Assembly: GCA_937885465.1 (NCBI GenBank)
Contig: CAKZZM010000154.1
Coordinates: forward strand, 7,760-71,759
From: an uncultured Bacteroidales bacterium
GTDB taxonomy: Bacteria; Bacteroidota; Bacteroidia; Bacteroidales; Paludibacteraceae
Direction: 5' to 3'
Length of the DNA: 64,000 nt
The notes under the pieces are model-generated. The model was not told the origin of the DNA, did not search any database, and saw nothing but the letters and a program-made list of their open reading frames with translations. Positions 16,510-26,592 of this stretch are shown in pieces (position 1 is the first letter of the stretch; each line of letters starts with the position of its first letter). A program made the position numbers and the translations under genes.

Positions 16510-19218
16510 ATGAAATATATGATGCACATACTGTTGATTGTTGCAGCCATGGCAACGGAGGTGTCAGGGGCGTCGTGGTATGTGCGGACTGATGGTTTGG
16601 ACGGCAATGACGGCAAGAGTTGGGAGACGGCGCAGTCAACGATACAGTTGGGTATTGACAACTGTCGCGTGGGCGATACCTTATACATAGCCGAGGGCGT
16701 GTATCATGAGGGCATTGTGTTGAAAGACGGCATCGCCATCATCGGCGGTTGTGCGGCAGGTGAGTACGGCACCCGCAAATATCCAACGTTCGATAGTGGA
16801 GAACGTCTCCGAACGTTCTCAGACGTTCTCCACTCAGGCGGCAGAACTATCTTGGATGGTACGGGGTTAGGCACACGGCTTATCAGTTGCGAGCAAGACT
16901 GCCATCGTCCGACCTTGGTGCAGGACCTTATATTGCAAAATGCGCGTCATAGTCAGCGTGGCGGTGGCGCATGGCTACGTGGCAAGGTGACGATGCGACG
17001 ATGTGTAGTGCGCGGTTGCAGCGGTACGTTGTGCGGCGGCGTGCTGATTAAAGGTGACCTGCCCGAATCGTCTGCCCTTGGTGCCCGATTAGAAGACTGC
17101 CTTGTGCATAACTGCACGGCTACCGGTCATGAGTGGCCGGATGCCGGCGGTGTGGCGAACTTCGACGGCACACTGGTTCATTGCACGATAGCGAACAACT
17201 ACGGCGACCGCTATGGCGGCATACACAGCGAGAGTTCGGTGTATGACTGCACGATGTGGGGCAATAGGAACGAATACGGTTTTGTAGATCCGACGAATTA
17301 CGTGTCGGACGAGAGTGAGTCCGGCATGAGCCGTGCTGACGAGGGGTTCGAACAGCAGTTTTTCGTTTATCCGTGGTTGAGTGAGCAGAATGAGGCAACA
17401 GCCGGTCCGCATTTCCGTGACCCCGCCACATTTGCAGGAGTGCCGACGAATAAGGCAGAGGAAGATATAATGCAGGCGGCAGACTATAGTATAGGTGAGC
17501 CTGCGCATCGCATAGAGAAAATGCCGCCTGCCGTTCCCCGTGCCGATAATAGAAATAGAAAAACTATCTCGTCCGAGAATTTAGAATATACAGTTCCGTC
17601 ATATATGTCTTTTTTGGTGGATAGTACTGCGACACTTGTGAGTAAGGAAGCACCTTATTGTATTGCTGCGCAGATCAATGGAGACCCGCGCAAACGTATG
17701 GCGTTCTGCTGGTTTACAAATGAAGGTGTTACGCGGGGAGAGGTGCAGTTGTTAGCGAAGAAAGATGCTACGGTAGCAGATTTTGAGACGAGTTTTTCAG
17801 TGGAGAATGTCTCCGAACGTTCACAAGTGGAGAACGTCTCCGAACGTCTGGCGGTAGAGACGGTGTTTTCCACCGTCTCTCAAATAGTGGAGAACGCCTC
17901 CGAACGTTCACAAGTGGAGAACGCCTCCGTAGCGCAAACGGTACGTAGCGTAAGCACTTCGTACTTGGTACCTGCCTCTCCTACTACAACTCCGCCTTTG
18001 CACTATGCTATATCTTCGTCAGGCATACTGAATAAGGCAAATATCAGCAAGAATACGGCATTCCGCTATGTCAGTCATAAGGCACTTGCCGACGATCTGC
18101 AACCCAGTACCGACTATTCGTGGCGATGCGGATATGAAGGACATTTTTCGGAAATTTTCCATTTCCGTACTGCTGACAACCGACAAAAAGATTTTTCGTT
18201 TGTCTATATGACGGATAGTCATATTCACAATCAGGAGTATATCGATGCAACAAGGCAGTGTGCGGAAGCGGTAGCGAGAAATGAGAGAGATGCGCGATTT
18301 TGCGTCTTCCCTGGTGATTTCGTAGATACCGGTACGGAGAACAACAGTGAGTGGGAGTGGGAGAGATGGTTCGAAGAAGCAATGAAACCTGTCCTTCGTC
18401 AGATGCCGCTTGTGCCGACCGATGGCAACCACGACGATTCACCACTGCTGAACTATACGTATCACTTCAATACTGATACGACGTTCAACATGACGACGCA
18501 GGTGCGTCCGCAGTTTGCGGGCATCAACTACAGCTTCACGTACGGCGATATGCAGTTGATCGCCTTCTCCGAGCAGGATTTTTGGCGTGGCGAGTACGAT
18601 TATTCCGCTCTTACCTCCGAGTATCTCGAGCGCGATTTGGGCGGTTGGATACATCGGCAGGTGGAAAAGGAGAAAAATGTGAAGTGGAGAGTCGGCTTAG
18701 TGCATAAGAATCTCTTCTCGGGTTCGGATCATCAGCGTGATAAGGAAACGCCACTCTTGCGTGCTACTCTTCTGCCGGTGATGAGAGATTGTCATATCGA
18801 CCTTTTATTGCAGGGACACGACCACACTTACGAAGTGATAGGACCCGTTGATCCGGATACTAAGAAACCTATTCTGTCTGCTATCTCGAATCAAGAGACG
18901 GTACCTGTTGATGCGGTCAGGAATATAACCGGCAAGAAAGACGGCACATACGATGTCAGCAGCGGAACGCTTTATTTTATAGGCGCGACTTGTGGCGCGA
19001 AGAGATATACGCCGCTCAAGCGCGAAGAGATGGACGCGAGCAAGCATATTCATCAGGTGGATAATTACTTTGACCTCTTTACCGGAATGTTCGGTCAACC
19101 CGGAGCACCTTCTTACACGAGAGTGACGGTGAAAAAAGATTACCTGTTGCTTGAATCGTTCAATGTTCTGCCGAATGGCAAGACGGAGCTGTTCAACACC
19201 CTGAAGATCGTTAAATAA
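16510..19218 (+). CDS. secreted beta-helix + purple-acid-phosphatase-like metallophosphoesterase, paralogue 1 (two in-frame repeat insertions)
   Basis: Signal peptide, then a right-handed beta-helix type N-terminus (SWYVRTDGLDGNDGKSWETAQSTIQ). PAP-N-like domain, then the metallophosphoesterase motifs MTDSH, PGDF, DGNHD, VHKNLF, QGHDH. Confidence 0.8.
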   Translation: MKYMMHILLIVAAMATEVSGASWYVRTDGLDGNDGKSWETAQSTIQLGIDNCRVGDTLYIAEGVYHEGIVLKDGIAIIGGCAAGEYGTRKYPTFDSGERLRTFSDVLHSGGRTILDGTGLGTRLISCEQDCHRPTLVQDLILQNARHSQRGGGAWLRGKVTMRRCVVRGCSGTLCGGVLIKGDLPESSALGARLEDCLVHNCTATGHEWPDAGGVANFDGTLVHCTIANNYGDRYGGIHSESSVYDCTMWGNRNEYGFVDPTNYVSDESESGMSRADEGFEQQFFVYPWLSEQNEATAGPHFRDPATFAGVPTNKAEEDIMQAADYSIGEPAHRIEKMPPAVPRADNRNRKTISSENLEYTVPSYMSFLVDSTATLVSKEAPYCIAAQINGDPRKRMAFCWFTNEGVTRGEVQLLAKKDATVADFETSFSVENVSERSQVENVSERLAVETVFSTVSQIVENASERSQVENASVAQTVRSVSTSYLVPASPTTTPPLHYAISSSGILNKANISKNTAFRYVSHKALADDLQPSTDYSWRCGYEGHFSEIFHFRTADNRQKDFSFVYMTDSHIHNQEYIDATRQCAEAVARNERDARFCVFPGDFVDTGTENNSEWEWERWFEEAMKPVLRQMPLVPTDGNHDDSPLLNYTYHFNTDTTFNMTTQVRPQFAGINYSFTYGDMQLIAFSEQDFWRGEYDYSALTSEYLERDLGGWIHRQVEKEKNVKWRVGLVHKNLFSGSDHQRDKETPLLRATLLPVMRDCHIDLLLQGHDHTYEVIGPVDPDTKKPILSAISNQETVPVDAVRNITGKKDGTYDVSSGTLYFIGATCGAKRYTPLKREEMDASKHIHQVDNYFDLFTGMFGQPGAPSYTRVTVKKDYLLLESFNVLPNGKTELFNTLKIVK
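16796..16833 (+). repeat. 38-nt full palindromic RepA in frame in paralogue 1
   Basis: GTGGAGAACGTCTCCGAACGTTCTCAGACGTTCTCCAC is translated as [13 protein letters not shown]. It is absent at the aligned position of paralogue 3 (…MYETIIDGTDIG…). Confidence 0.9.
17800..17972 (+). repeat. about 174-nt composite block RepA-RepA-RepB-RepA-RepA(truncated)-RepE in frame in paralogue 1
   Basis: RepA at 17800, 17827, 17887 and 17914; RepB at 17852-17883; RepE-like CGTAGCGTAAGCACTTCGTACTTGGTAC. Translated as [58 protein letters not shown]. Confidence 0.9.
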
Positions 19219-19373
19219 AGTACCAAGTGATAAAGTACCAAGTGACGAAGTACCAAGTACCGCTTACGCTAAGGAGACGTTCTCCACTGCACTTATATCT
19301 CTCGTCTTTATAAAGTCGGCATTTAATGCCGACCAAACGCTAAAAGTCAAGTGGAGAACGTCTCCGAACGTTC
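19219..19373. repeat. mosaic RepE - partial inverted RepA - RepD (19295-19333) - RepA (19351-19373)
   Basis: Read directly between paralogues 1 and 2. Confidence 0.9.
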
Positions 19374-19415
19374 ACAAGTTAGGAGAAATTCTCCATAATT
19401 CAAAACTCAAATACC

Positions 19416-21131
19416 ATGAAAAGAATCTATTACATTCAATTGATTGGCATGGTTGCCTTGTTTGCAGCATGCAAGCATGACCCTGTTGTTGAGCCGGAAG
19501 AGCCTCAGCAGCAGGACACAACTGAGCAGTATGTGCCGAAGGCGGAATGGGAGTTGGCTGACTCGCTATATACGCCGGCTGACTACACTGTGCCGAGTCA
19601 TACGATGCTCAAGATTGCCATCAGCGCTTGTGCCGACAATCCGAGCGAGGAAAACCTGGCAGTGATGCGCCAAAAGATCGAGGAGTTGGTGCCCAAGACT
19701 GAGCCTTACTGCATGGTTGCTACCATCAACGGCGACCCGAAGAGCAGGATGGGGTTTTGTTGGATGACCAATGACAGTGTTTTCGATGGCGTGGTGCAAC
19801 TTGTTGCCAAAGAGAATGCTACAGAAGCGGACTTTGAGTCAGGCGTGATAGAAATACCTGCTACGACCAAACGAACCAAAGCCATTACCTATGGTGGCAT
19901 TTGCTCCTATATTGTCCGTGCTTCAGGCATTCCGAAAAATGAGAAATATCGTTATATCAGCCACAAGGCAATAGCAGAGAACCTGACTCCCGGTTGTGCT
20001 TATTCGTGGCGAGTAGGCTACGAAGGCCATTGGAGTAAGATAGCCCAATTCCGTACTGAAGATGCAGAGCAAGGTGAATATTCGTTTATCTATATGACTG
20101 ACAGCCATATTATGAATGCAGAATATATCAGTAAGGCACGCCGTTGTGCCCTTGCCGCAGCCAAAACTGTACCTGAAGCACGTTTCTGTGTATTTCCCGG
20201 CGATTTTGTTGAAGATGGTGAACAGGTTAATAGCGAATGGGAGTGGGAGAGATGGTTTGAGGAAGCAATGAAACCTGTTATTATGCAAATGCCTATTGTT
20301 CCTACTGATGGTAACCACGATCCCAGTCCCAATCTTAATTATACGCACCATTTCAATACTGACAATGCTTTTTACAATAGTTGTTTTATCCCGCAGTACG
20401 AAGGTGTCGTTTACGATTTTGTATATGGAGACGCATTGTTTCTTGTCTTTTCCATGCAGGATTATTGGCGTGTCCAATATAGTTATGCTGACCCGCCCTC
20501 ATCAATCTATCTAAATAAGATTAGTGATTGGTTCATCAGTCGTACAACAGCCAATCCTGACACTAAGTACCGTATCTCTTTGGCACATTTCAATCTGTTC
20601 TCAGGGTCAGATCATTCTATAGACAACGATCCTCCGCTCTTCCGTGCATGTATGTTGCCAACGATGAAGCTTTGTGAGGTTGATTTAGCGTTGCAGGGGC
20701 ATGATCACACCTACGAGGTTATTGGTCCGGTTAATCCGGATGATTGTACGCCGATACTGGACGCTATCTCTGACCGTGAGGAAGTGCCTGTTGATAAAAA
20801 TATGAACGCAACGGGTTACAAAGGCGGCACTTTCTGCACCGATGACGGTACGCTCTATTTTATCGGTGCCACTTGCGGGGCAAAAAAATACTATCCTCAC
20901 AGCCGTGAGCGGATGGAGGCTGATTATAATAGCGGCAAGCACAATGTGCCGAACTACTTTGACCTGTTCACGGGTATGTTCGGTCAGCCGGAGAAACCGA
21001 GTTTCACGAAGATCACGGTGAAAGATGATTGCATTGAGTTTAATTCTTATACTGCAGACAACGATGAGGGCAATGTGACGCTGTTCAACACCATGCGCGT
21101 TGTCCGCACTAAACCTCATAGCGTGCCATAA
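19416..21131 (+). CDS. purple-acid-phosphatase-like metallophosphoesterase lipoprotein, paralogue 2 (no beta-helix module)
   Basis: Lipoprotein signal LFAACKHD. Same PAP-N + metallophos architecture and motifs (MTDSH, PGDF, DGNHD, AHFNLF, QGHDH). Contains the NSEWEWERWFEEAMKPV block identical to paralogue 1. Confidence 0.85.
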   Translation: MKRIYYIQLIGMVALFAACKHDPVVEPEEPQQQDTTEQYVPKAEWELADSLYTPADYTVPSHTMLKIAISACADNPSEENLAVMRQKIEELVPKTEPYCMVATINGDPKSRMGFCWMTNDSVFDGVVQLVAKENATEADFESGVIEIPATTKRTKAITYGGICSYIVRASGIPKNEKYRYISHKAIAENLTPGCAYSWRVGYEGHWSKIAQFRTEDAEQGEYSFIYMTDSHIMNAEYISKARRCALAAAKTVPEARFCVFPGDFVEDGEQVNSEWEWERWFEEAMKPVIMQMPIVPTDGNHDPSPNLNYTHHFNTDNAFYNSCFIPQYEGVVYDFVYGDALFLVFSMQDYWRVQYSYADPPSSIYLNKISDWFISRTTANPDTKYRISLAHFNLFSGSDHSIDNDPPLFRACMLPTMKLCEVDLALQGHDHTYEVIGPVNPDDCTPILDAISDREEVPVDKNMNATGYKGGTFCTDDGTLYFIGATCGAKKYYPHSRERMEADYNSGKHNVPNYFDLFTGMFGQPEKPSFTKITVKDDCIEFNSYTADNDEGNVTLFNTMRVVRTKPHSVP

Positions 21132-21186
21132 CAAAGTACCAAGTGACGAAGTACGATGTACGATACCGTTCGGAGACGTTCTCCAC
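21131..21186. repeat. RepE block plus truncated inverted RepA
   Basis: CAAAGTACCAAGTGACGAAGTACGATGTACGATACCGTTCGGAGACGTTCTCCAC. Confidence 0.85.
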
Positions 21187-21213
21187 TATTATAATCCTAA
21201 ATATACATTTATT

Positions 21214-24200
21214 ATGAAAAAACTATTCTTTCTTTTGACGCTGTGCACAGCGGTGCTGTGTGCTTCTGCGAGCAATAAGTATGTGCGCCCCGACGGCGAT
21301 GATTCGCTCGATGGCAAATCATGGGCTAACGCCTTTGCTACTATCCAAACGGCAGTATGGGGCGTACCGGCAGGTGACACCGTTTTTATCGCTGAGGGTA
21401 CTTATAATCAGCGATTTTCCGTCAGTGATGGTCAGACTATCCTCGGTGGCTATAACGCCCAGACGGGGGAGCGCGACATCGAGATGTACGAAACGATAAT
21501 CGATGGTACTGATATAGGTCAGTATCTGATAGTTAAGTATGATGGTCCCCCTACCAATCATATTTTGATAGAGGGTCTTACTCTGCAGAATGCTCAGCAT
21601 GATCAGTGGGGCGGCGGAGCCATCTATCTACGCGATAATATGACGGTTCGTCAGTGCCATATACGCAACTGCCGTGGTGGAACGGCGGGCGCCATCTTCA
21701 TCGACCATAATGATGCCGCGACCGTGCAGGCGGTGGTTAGCGGCTGCATAGTGGAACTATGCTCAGCCAACGGCTGCGCCGCTATCTACAATAACAACGG
21801 CATAGTGGAGAACTGCATAGTACGCGGTTGTAGCGGCAAAGCGGGGGCTATACGCAACGAGACGGCCGCCGGCATAGTACGCAACTGCGTAGTGCATAAC
21901 AACACCCTCACCGGCACTTGGCCTAATAGCGCCATCTATAACAAAGGTTTAGTCTATAATTGCACCGTAGCCAATAACCACGGCGACCAATATGCGGGCA
22001 TTCATTCTGAAGGTATGGTGTATAATTCCGTCTTTTGGGGGAATACAAACCCGACCGATTTCAGCGATCCTGCTAACTATATCAATGGTAGCAACTCCAC
22101 GCACAACGTGGCAGACGAAGGTTTCGGCAAGAGTTCTGCATATCTGAGTCTGACTCTCTCTGCCAATAATACCGATGTGGCGGGTCCTAATTTCCGCAAC
22201 CCGACGAATTTCGCAGGTGTGCCTGCCGATGATGCGCAGATCACCAGTATGCAGAATGCCGATTTCTCGCTCACCGATGCTTCTGTGGCATTGCTTGATA
22301 AGGCTGAGGCGGCATCTGCTACCACCACCGACATCACCGGTGTCGCTCGTCCCAAAGGAACGGGTTACGACATAGGTGCATACGAGTACGATCCCGATGC
22401 CGTTACTGTTGCCGTAACAGGTGTTAGTATTCAGCAAGATACCCTCAGAGTGATTGTCGGTCAGACAGCCACCTTCACCGTTATTATAACACCTGCCGAT
22501 GCTAATAATAAGCGGGTAAGTTGGGAATGTCAGGATGCTACTGTGGCAACAATACAGAATGGCATAGTAACAGGTCTGAGAGAAGATACCACTTTGGTCA
22601 GTGTGACCACGCAGGATGGAGCTTTCACTGCCACAGCAGTGTTAGTAGTTCTGCCCGTTCCGCCCGTTTATTATCCGGTAGAGGTCTTGGCTGCAGATAC
22701 TCTGTATAAGCAGGCTGACTATACAGTGCCGTCTTATATCCCCTTCCTCATCGCTAAGGAAGCCGCAAGGATAGATAGTGCTACTGCTGAGGATGTTACT
22801 GCTATTGCCGATAAGATAGCAGAGATGAATATTGCTATCGGTAATCTTGTGAACAAAGAAGAACCATATAATATGGTTGCCAATATCAACGGTGATCCGT
22901 CAATGCGTATGGCGTTCTGCTGGTTCACTAACGAAGGTATAACGGATGGAGTGGTGCAACTTCTTGCAATGGAAAATGCTACGGCAGACGACTTCGAGAC
23001 GAATAACGGCGTTATAACTATTACCGCAGAGGCGACCACGACTCCTGCGCTCAATTATGCCGTTGCCACTTCGGGTATAGCAAAGGCGGCGGGCATTGCC
23101 GGTAATACCAAATTCCGCTATGTCAGCCACAAAGCACTTGCCGATAATCTGACAGCTGGCACAACCTATTCGTGGCGAGTAGGTTATGAAGGGCATTATT
23201 CCGATATCGCCCGTTTCCGCACAAAAGATGCAGTGCAGGGCGAATATTCTTTCCTCTATATGTCGGATAGTCATATTCAGGATGCAGAGTATGTAAATAA
23301 TGCTAAATGGTGCGCTATGGCAGCAGTGCAGACCGTTCCGGAAGCTCGTTTCTGCCTCTTCCCCGGCGACTTTGTCGAGACAGGCACCAAGTCGAACTCC
23401 GAGTGGGAGTGGGAGAGATGGTTCGAGGAATCGATACGACCGGTGATAATGCAGATGCCTATCGTGCCAACTGATGGTAATCACGATGATAGCGAGAATC
23501 TTAATTACGACTATCACTTCAATACCGACTGGGGATTCTACTCAATGGTGCAGTCGCACAAACCGCAGTTCCACGGCATAACCTATTCGTTTGTCTATGG
23601 AGATGTCCTCTTTCTTGTTTATTCGTTGCAAGATTGGTGGCGAGCAAGCGGCAGTAGTGCCGAAGGCAGGTTGTCATCGTATCTCTCAAATGATGTGAAA
23701 AACTGGTTTAATGAGCAGATTGCGGCGCATCCGAACACCAAATATCGCGTGACACTTGCTCATAAAAATATCTTCTCCGGTTCAGGACATTCAACCGATG
23801 ATGAGATACCGATGTTCCGTGATATTATGTTGCCTATTTTGAAAGATTGTCAGATCGACCTTGCTATTCAGGGGCATGACCACTGCTATGAGGTTATAGG
23901 TCCGGTTAATCCTGATACCCGCACATTAGTGGAAGGGGCTGTGGAAGATGTAGAGACGGTTGCCGTCAATACCAATACGAATATGACCGGCAAGCAAGGC
24001 GGCACTTTCACCACCGATGACGGTACGCTGTATTTCATTGGAGCAACTTGCGGGCGTAAGCGTTACTACCCGTATAGCCGTGCTAAGATGGAGGAGAAAT
24101 ATACTACCGACCCGTCTGTTCTTTATGATGATAACCACCACGATGTAGAGAATTATTTTGACCTCTTCACAGGCATGTTTGGTCAACCGGGTGCTCCTTC

Positions 24201-24450
24201 ATTCACTAAGTTTACTGTTAAGAGCGACTGCCTTGAGGTTAATTCCTATACAGCCGACTCGAACGGCAATGCTACTCTTATCAATACAATGCGAGTGAAG
24301 CGTAACACTGCCCACACCGTTCCCTCTGGCTACGAAGACGTGCAGCAGCAGCGCACCATCCGCGACGGCGAGAAGTTCATCCGCGGTGGTCAAATGCTGA
24401 TTCGCAAGGATGGCAAGACCTACAATGTGCTGGGTGAGGTGGTAGAGTAA
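21214..24450 (+). CDS. secreted beta-helix + Big_2 + purple-acid-phosphatase-like metallophosphoesterase with T9SS-like tail, paralogue 3
   Basis: I prefer the ATG at 21214 (MKKLFFLLTLCTAVLCASA signal peptide) over the ORF-track start 21100, which reads through repeat sequence. Ig-like Big_2 segment VTGVSIQQDTLRVIVGQTATFTV...VSWECQD. Motifs MSDSH, PGDF, DGNHD, AHKNIF, QGHDH. Tail FIRGGQMLIRKDGKTYNVLGEVVE. Confidence 0.85.
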   Translation: MKKLFFLLTLCTAVLCASASNKYVRPDGDDSLDGKSWANAFATIQTAVWGVPAGDTVFIAEGTYNQRFSVSDGQTILGGYNAQTGERDIEMYETIIDGTDIGQYLIVKYDGPPTNHILIEGLTLQNAQHDQWGGGAIYLRDNMTVRQCHIRNCRGGTAGAIFIDHNDAATVQAVVSGCIVELCSANGCAAIYNNNGIVENCIVRGCSGKAGAIRNETAAGIVRNCVVHNNTLTGTWPNSAIYNKGLVYNCTVANNHGDQYAGIHSEGMVYNSVFWGNTNPTDFSDPANYINGSNSTHNVADEGFGKSSAYLSLTLSANNTDVAGPNFRNPTNFAGVPADDAQITSMQNADFSLTDASVALLDKAEAASATTTDITGVARPKGTGYDIGAYEYDPDAVTVAVTGVSIQQDTLRVIVGQTATFTVIITPADANNKRVSWECQDATVATIQNGIVTGLREDTTLVSVTTQDGAFTATAVLVVLPVPPVYYPVEVLAADTLYKQADYTVPSYIPFLIAKEAARIDSATAEDVTAIADKIAEMNIAIGNLVNKEEPYNMVANINGDPSMRMAFCWFTNEGITDGVVQLLAMENATADDFETNNGVITITAEATTTPALNYAVATSGIAKAAGIAGNTKFRYVSHKALADNLTAGTTYSWRVGYEGHYSDIARFRTKDAVQGEYSFLYMSDSHIQDAEYVNNAKWCAMAAVQTVPEARFCLFPGDFVETGTKSNSEWEWERWFEESIRPVIMQMPIVPTDGNHDDSENLNYDYHFNTDWGFYSMVQSHKPQFHGITYSFVYGDVLFLVYSLQDWWRASGSSAEGRLSSYLSNDVKNWFNEQIAAHPNTKYRVTLAHKNIFSGSGHSTDDEIPMFRDIMLPILKDCQIDLAIQGHDHCYEVIGPVNPDTRTLVEGAVEDVETVAVNTNTNMTGKQGGTFTTDDGTLYFIGATCGRKRYYPYSRAKMEEKYTTDPSVLYDDNHHDVENYFDLFTGMFGQPGAPSFTKFTVKSDCLEVNSYTADSNGNATLINTMRVKRNTAHTVPSGYEDVQQQRTIRDGEKFIRGGQMLIRKDGKTYNVLGEVVE

Positions 24451-24473
24451 GAACGTTCGGAGACGTTCTCCAC
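24451..24473 (-). repeat. inverted RepA immediately after the stop codon
   Basis: TAA GAACGTTCGGAGACGTTCTCCAC. Confidence 0.95.
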
Positions 24474-24525
24474 TGGTAGGAAAAAAATACAATTAACCAT
24501 ATTTATTAACTAAAATTCTAATAGT

Positions 24526-26433
24526 ATGAAAAAGATTTTTTCATTTCTTGCTGTCATTCTGATGGCAATGGCAGTGAATGCTGAGGTGATTCAGATTACC
24601 CCCACCTCACCTCATTCATCCAATAACCTGCGCCAAGCAATCGCTGCAGCGGCCACCGGTGATATTGTTGAAATGGCTGCCGGTACGTATGAAGAGTCGG
24701 GTGACTACCTCGCTTTTACAGGAAAAGAAGTAATAGTTCGTGCCGCAGAAGGTGCAGAGGTAATTATCAAGCCGGTGTGCCCTGTACGTTTGAAATCAGG
24801 AGCTAAGGCTGAATTTATCAACGTCAAATTTGACTGTAGTACTGTAGGCTCTTATGATTACGTAATTGTACCAGCTGATGACACAGATAATAAACGCGTT
24901 GTCCTTACAGGTTGTGAGTTCTATGGTTGGGATAAAAATAAAGCCATGATAGAGGCTACGTCCTCCAGAAGATTAGATGCTATCACAATTGAAAATTGCT
25001 ATTTCCACAACTGCATGAAGAGTGTTGTTTTCGTAGAAAACACCGGCTCCATTGATTTAAGCATTACCAATACAACTTTTGCCAATATCTCGACAGATGC
25101 ATCGGCTTTCTATGCAGGTGTAATTGACTCTCGCGCCACTTCCGGTTCGTTTCTTGTTGACCATTGCACATTCTACAATGTTCAAGTAATGAATACGGAT
25201 TATGCTGCTGTTGGTAAGGTAAAACTTACGTCAGGTGCAGTAGTATCCAATTGTATCTTTGCAATGCCGGAGAGCACATCCGGTGTTCGTACCATTCGTG
25301 ATGCCGTTGCTGCTAATAACTGTATGGTTTTCAATTATGCAAGCGATTCCAATCTTGGTATGCAGAGTGCAGTAACAAAAACCAATTGCGTTGTGGCTGA
25401 TCCGCTCTTTGTTGATGCGGATAATGGTGATTACACTCTCGGCGAGGAGTCACCTGCGTTGGGTGCCGGAACGGATGAAAGCAACCTTGGTGATCCGCGT
25501 TGGTGGCCGGCTGATGAGACTCCCGAGCCTGCTAAGGAGTATGTTGGTGTTTACAATTGGTCCACAGGTGATGATGCTATCGGTGTAACTGCTTTGGGGG
25601 CAACCGGCGTGGATATATCTACTGTGAAGATTCATAACAATACTGATTCAAAGGATGCCATCAAGTTTTCATCTTCGTATGCTTATGCAGGTGGCAAGTA
25701 TCTTGTTATCAAACCTGAAGAAGGCAAATTCTTGGAGGGTGACGAAGTTTATTTCTCTGCCGTTATCAGCAATGATGCAACCGATGGCTCGAAATATGCT
25801 CAAGTTGATATCTATGCAGCGGACGGTAGTACCCGTCTCTTCCGTAGCGATACTGTAGTAAATGGAAAAATGAGTTCAGATGAGCCTGTTATTGAAAACT
25901 TCGTTCTGTCAGCGGAGCAAGATTCGATATTAGTAGGTCGTTATGGTAACACCAATATGTTCGTACTCAGCCTGACCGTTGTTCGTCCGGTAAGTGAGAC
26001 TCCCGAGCCTGAACATATCTATTCAGTAGCCGGTAGTGAGGCATTGCTTGGCACGAATTGGAATGAGGCGGAAGGCAATGAGATGGTTAAGCAGGACGAT
26101 GGCACATATCAGCTCGTGCTATCAGATGTTGAACTGGTAGTTGGCAACTACGAGTATAAAGTGGTAATTGATCATATATTGAACAACGGCGAGGCAGAAA
26201 GTAACTCTGTACTTGAGATCACCACAGCCGGTCGCTACAATGTTACGTTCACTTACGATCCTTCCGTTCCTACAACAAGCGCAGAGGCTGAACTCATTGA
26301 GGAAATAATTGTTCTGCCAACAGCCATCGACAACGCAGGTGCAGCTGTTAAGGCACAGAAAGTGGTGATTGACGGTCAGTTGCTGATTATTCGTGGTGGT
26401 AAGATCTTCAACGCACAAGGGCAACTGCAATAA
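24526..26433 (+). CDS. secreted right-handed beta-helix protein with C-terminal Ig/CBM-like module and T9SS-like tail
   Basis: Signal peptide. N-terminus LRQAIAAAATGDIVEMAAGTYEE and DPLFVDADNGDYTLGEESPALGAG are typical of beta-helix (lyase-fold) proteins. Two TPEP linkers. A GNYEYKVV motif module. Tail VVIDGQLLIIRGGKIFNAQGQLQ. Confidence 0.7.
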   Translation: MKKIFSFLAVILMAMAVNAEVIQITPTSPHSSNNLRQAIAAAATGDIVEMAAGTYEESGDYLAFTGKEVIVRAAEGAEVIIKPVCPVRLKSGAKAEFINVKFDCSTVGSYDYVIVPADDTDNKRVVLTGCEFYGWDKNKAMIEATSSRRLDAITIENCYFHNCMKSVVFVENTGSIDLSITNTTFANISTDASAFYAGVIDSRATSGSFLVDHCTFYNVQVMNTDYAAVGKVKLTSGAVVSNCIFAMPESTSGVRTIRDAVAANNCMVFNYASDSNLGMQSAVTKTNCVVADPLFVDADNGDYTLGEESPALGAGTDESNLGDPRWWPADETPEPAKEYVGVYNWSTGDDAIGVTALGATGVDISTVKIHNNTDSKDAIKFSSSYAYAGGKYLVIKPEEGKFLEGDEVYFSAVISNDATDGSKYAQVDIYAADGSTRLFRSDTVVNGKMSSDEPVIENFVLSAEQDSILVGRYGNTNMFVLSLTVVRPVSETPEPEHIYSVAGSEALLGTNWNEAEGNEMVKQDDGTYQLVLSDVELVVGNYEYKVVIDHILNNGEAESNSVLEITTAGRYNVTFTYDPSVPTTSAEAELIEEIIVLPTAIDNAGAAVKAQKVVIDGQLLIIRGGKIFNAQGQLQ

Positions 26434-26442
26434 GCAGACTTA

Positions 26443-26558
26443 GTGGAGAACGTCTCCGAACGTTCGTAGAGACATCCAGGGAGGGTGTCTCTCAATAGTG
26501 GAGAACGTCTCCGAACATTCAGATGTCAAAAGTCTGAACATTTGGAGACGTTCTCCAC
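26443..26558. repeat. RepA (26443) - RepB variant (26466-26495) - 61-nt long palindromic RepA pair (26498-26558)
   Basis: The palindromic pair is GTGGAGAACGTCTCCGAACATTCAGATGTCAAAAGTCTGAACATTTGGAGACGTTCTCCAC. Confidence 0.9.
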
Positions 26559-26592
26559 TCGTATATTTTTGTTGTATTTTTTGCAACAATAT

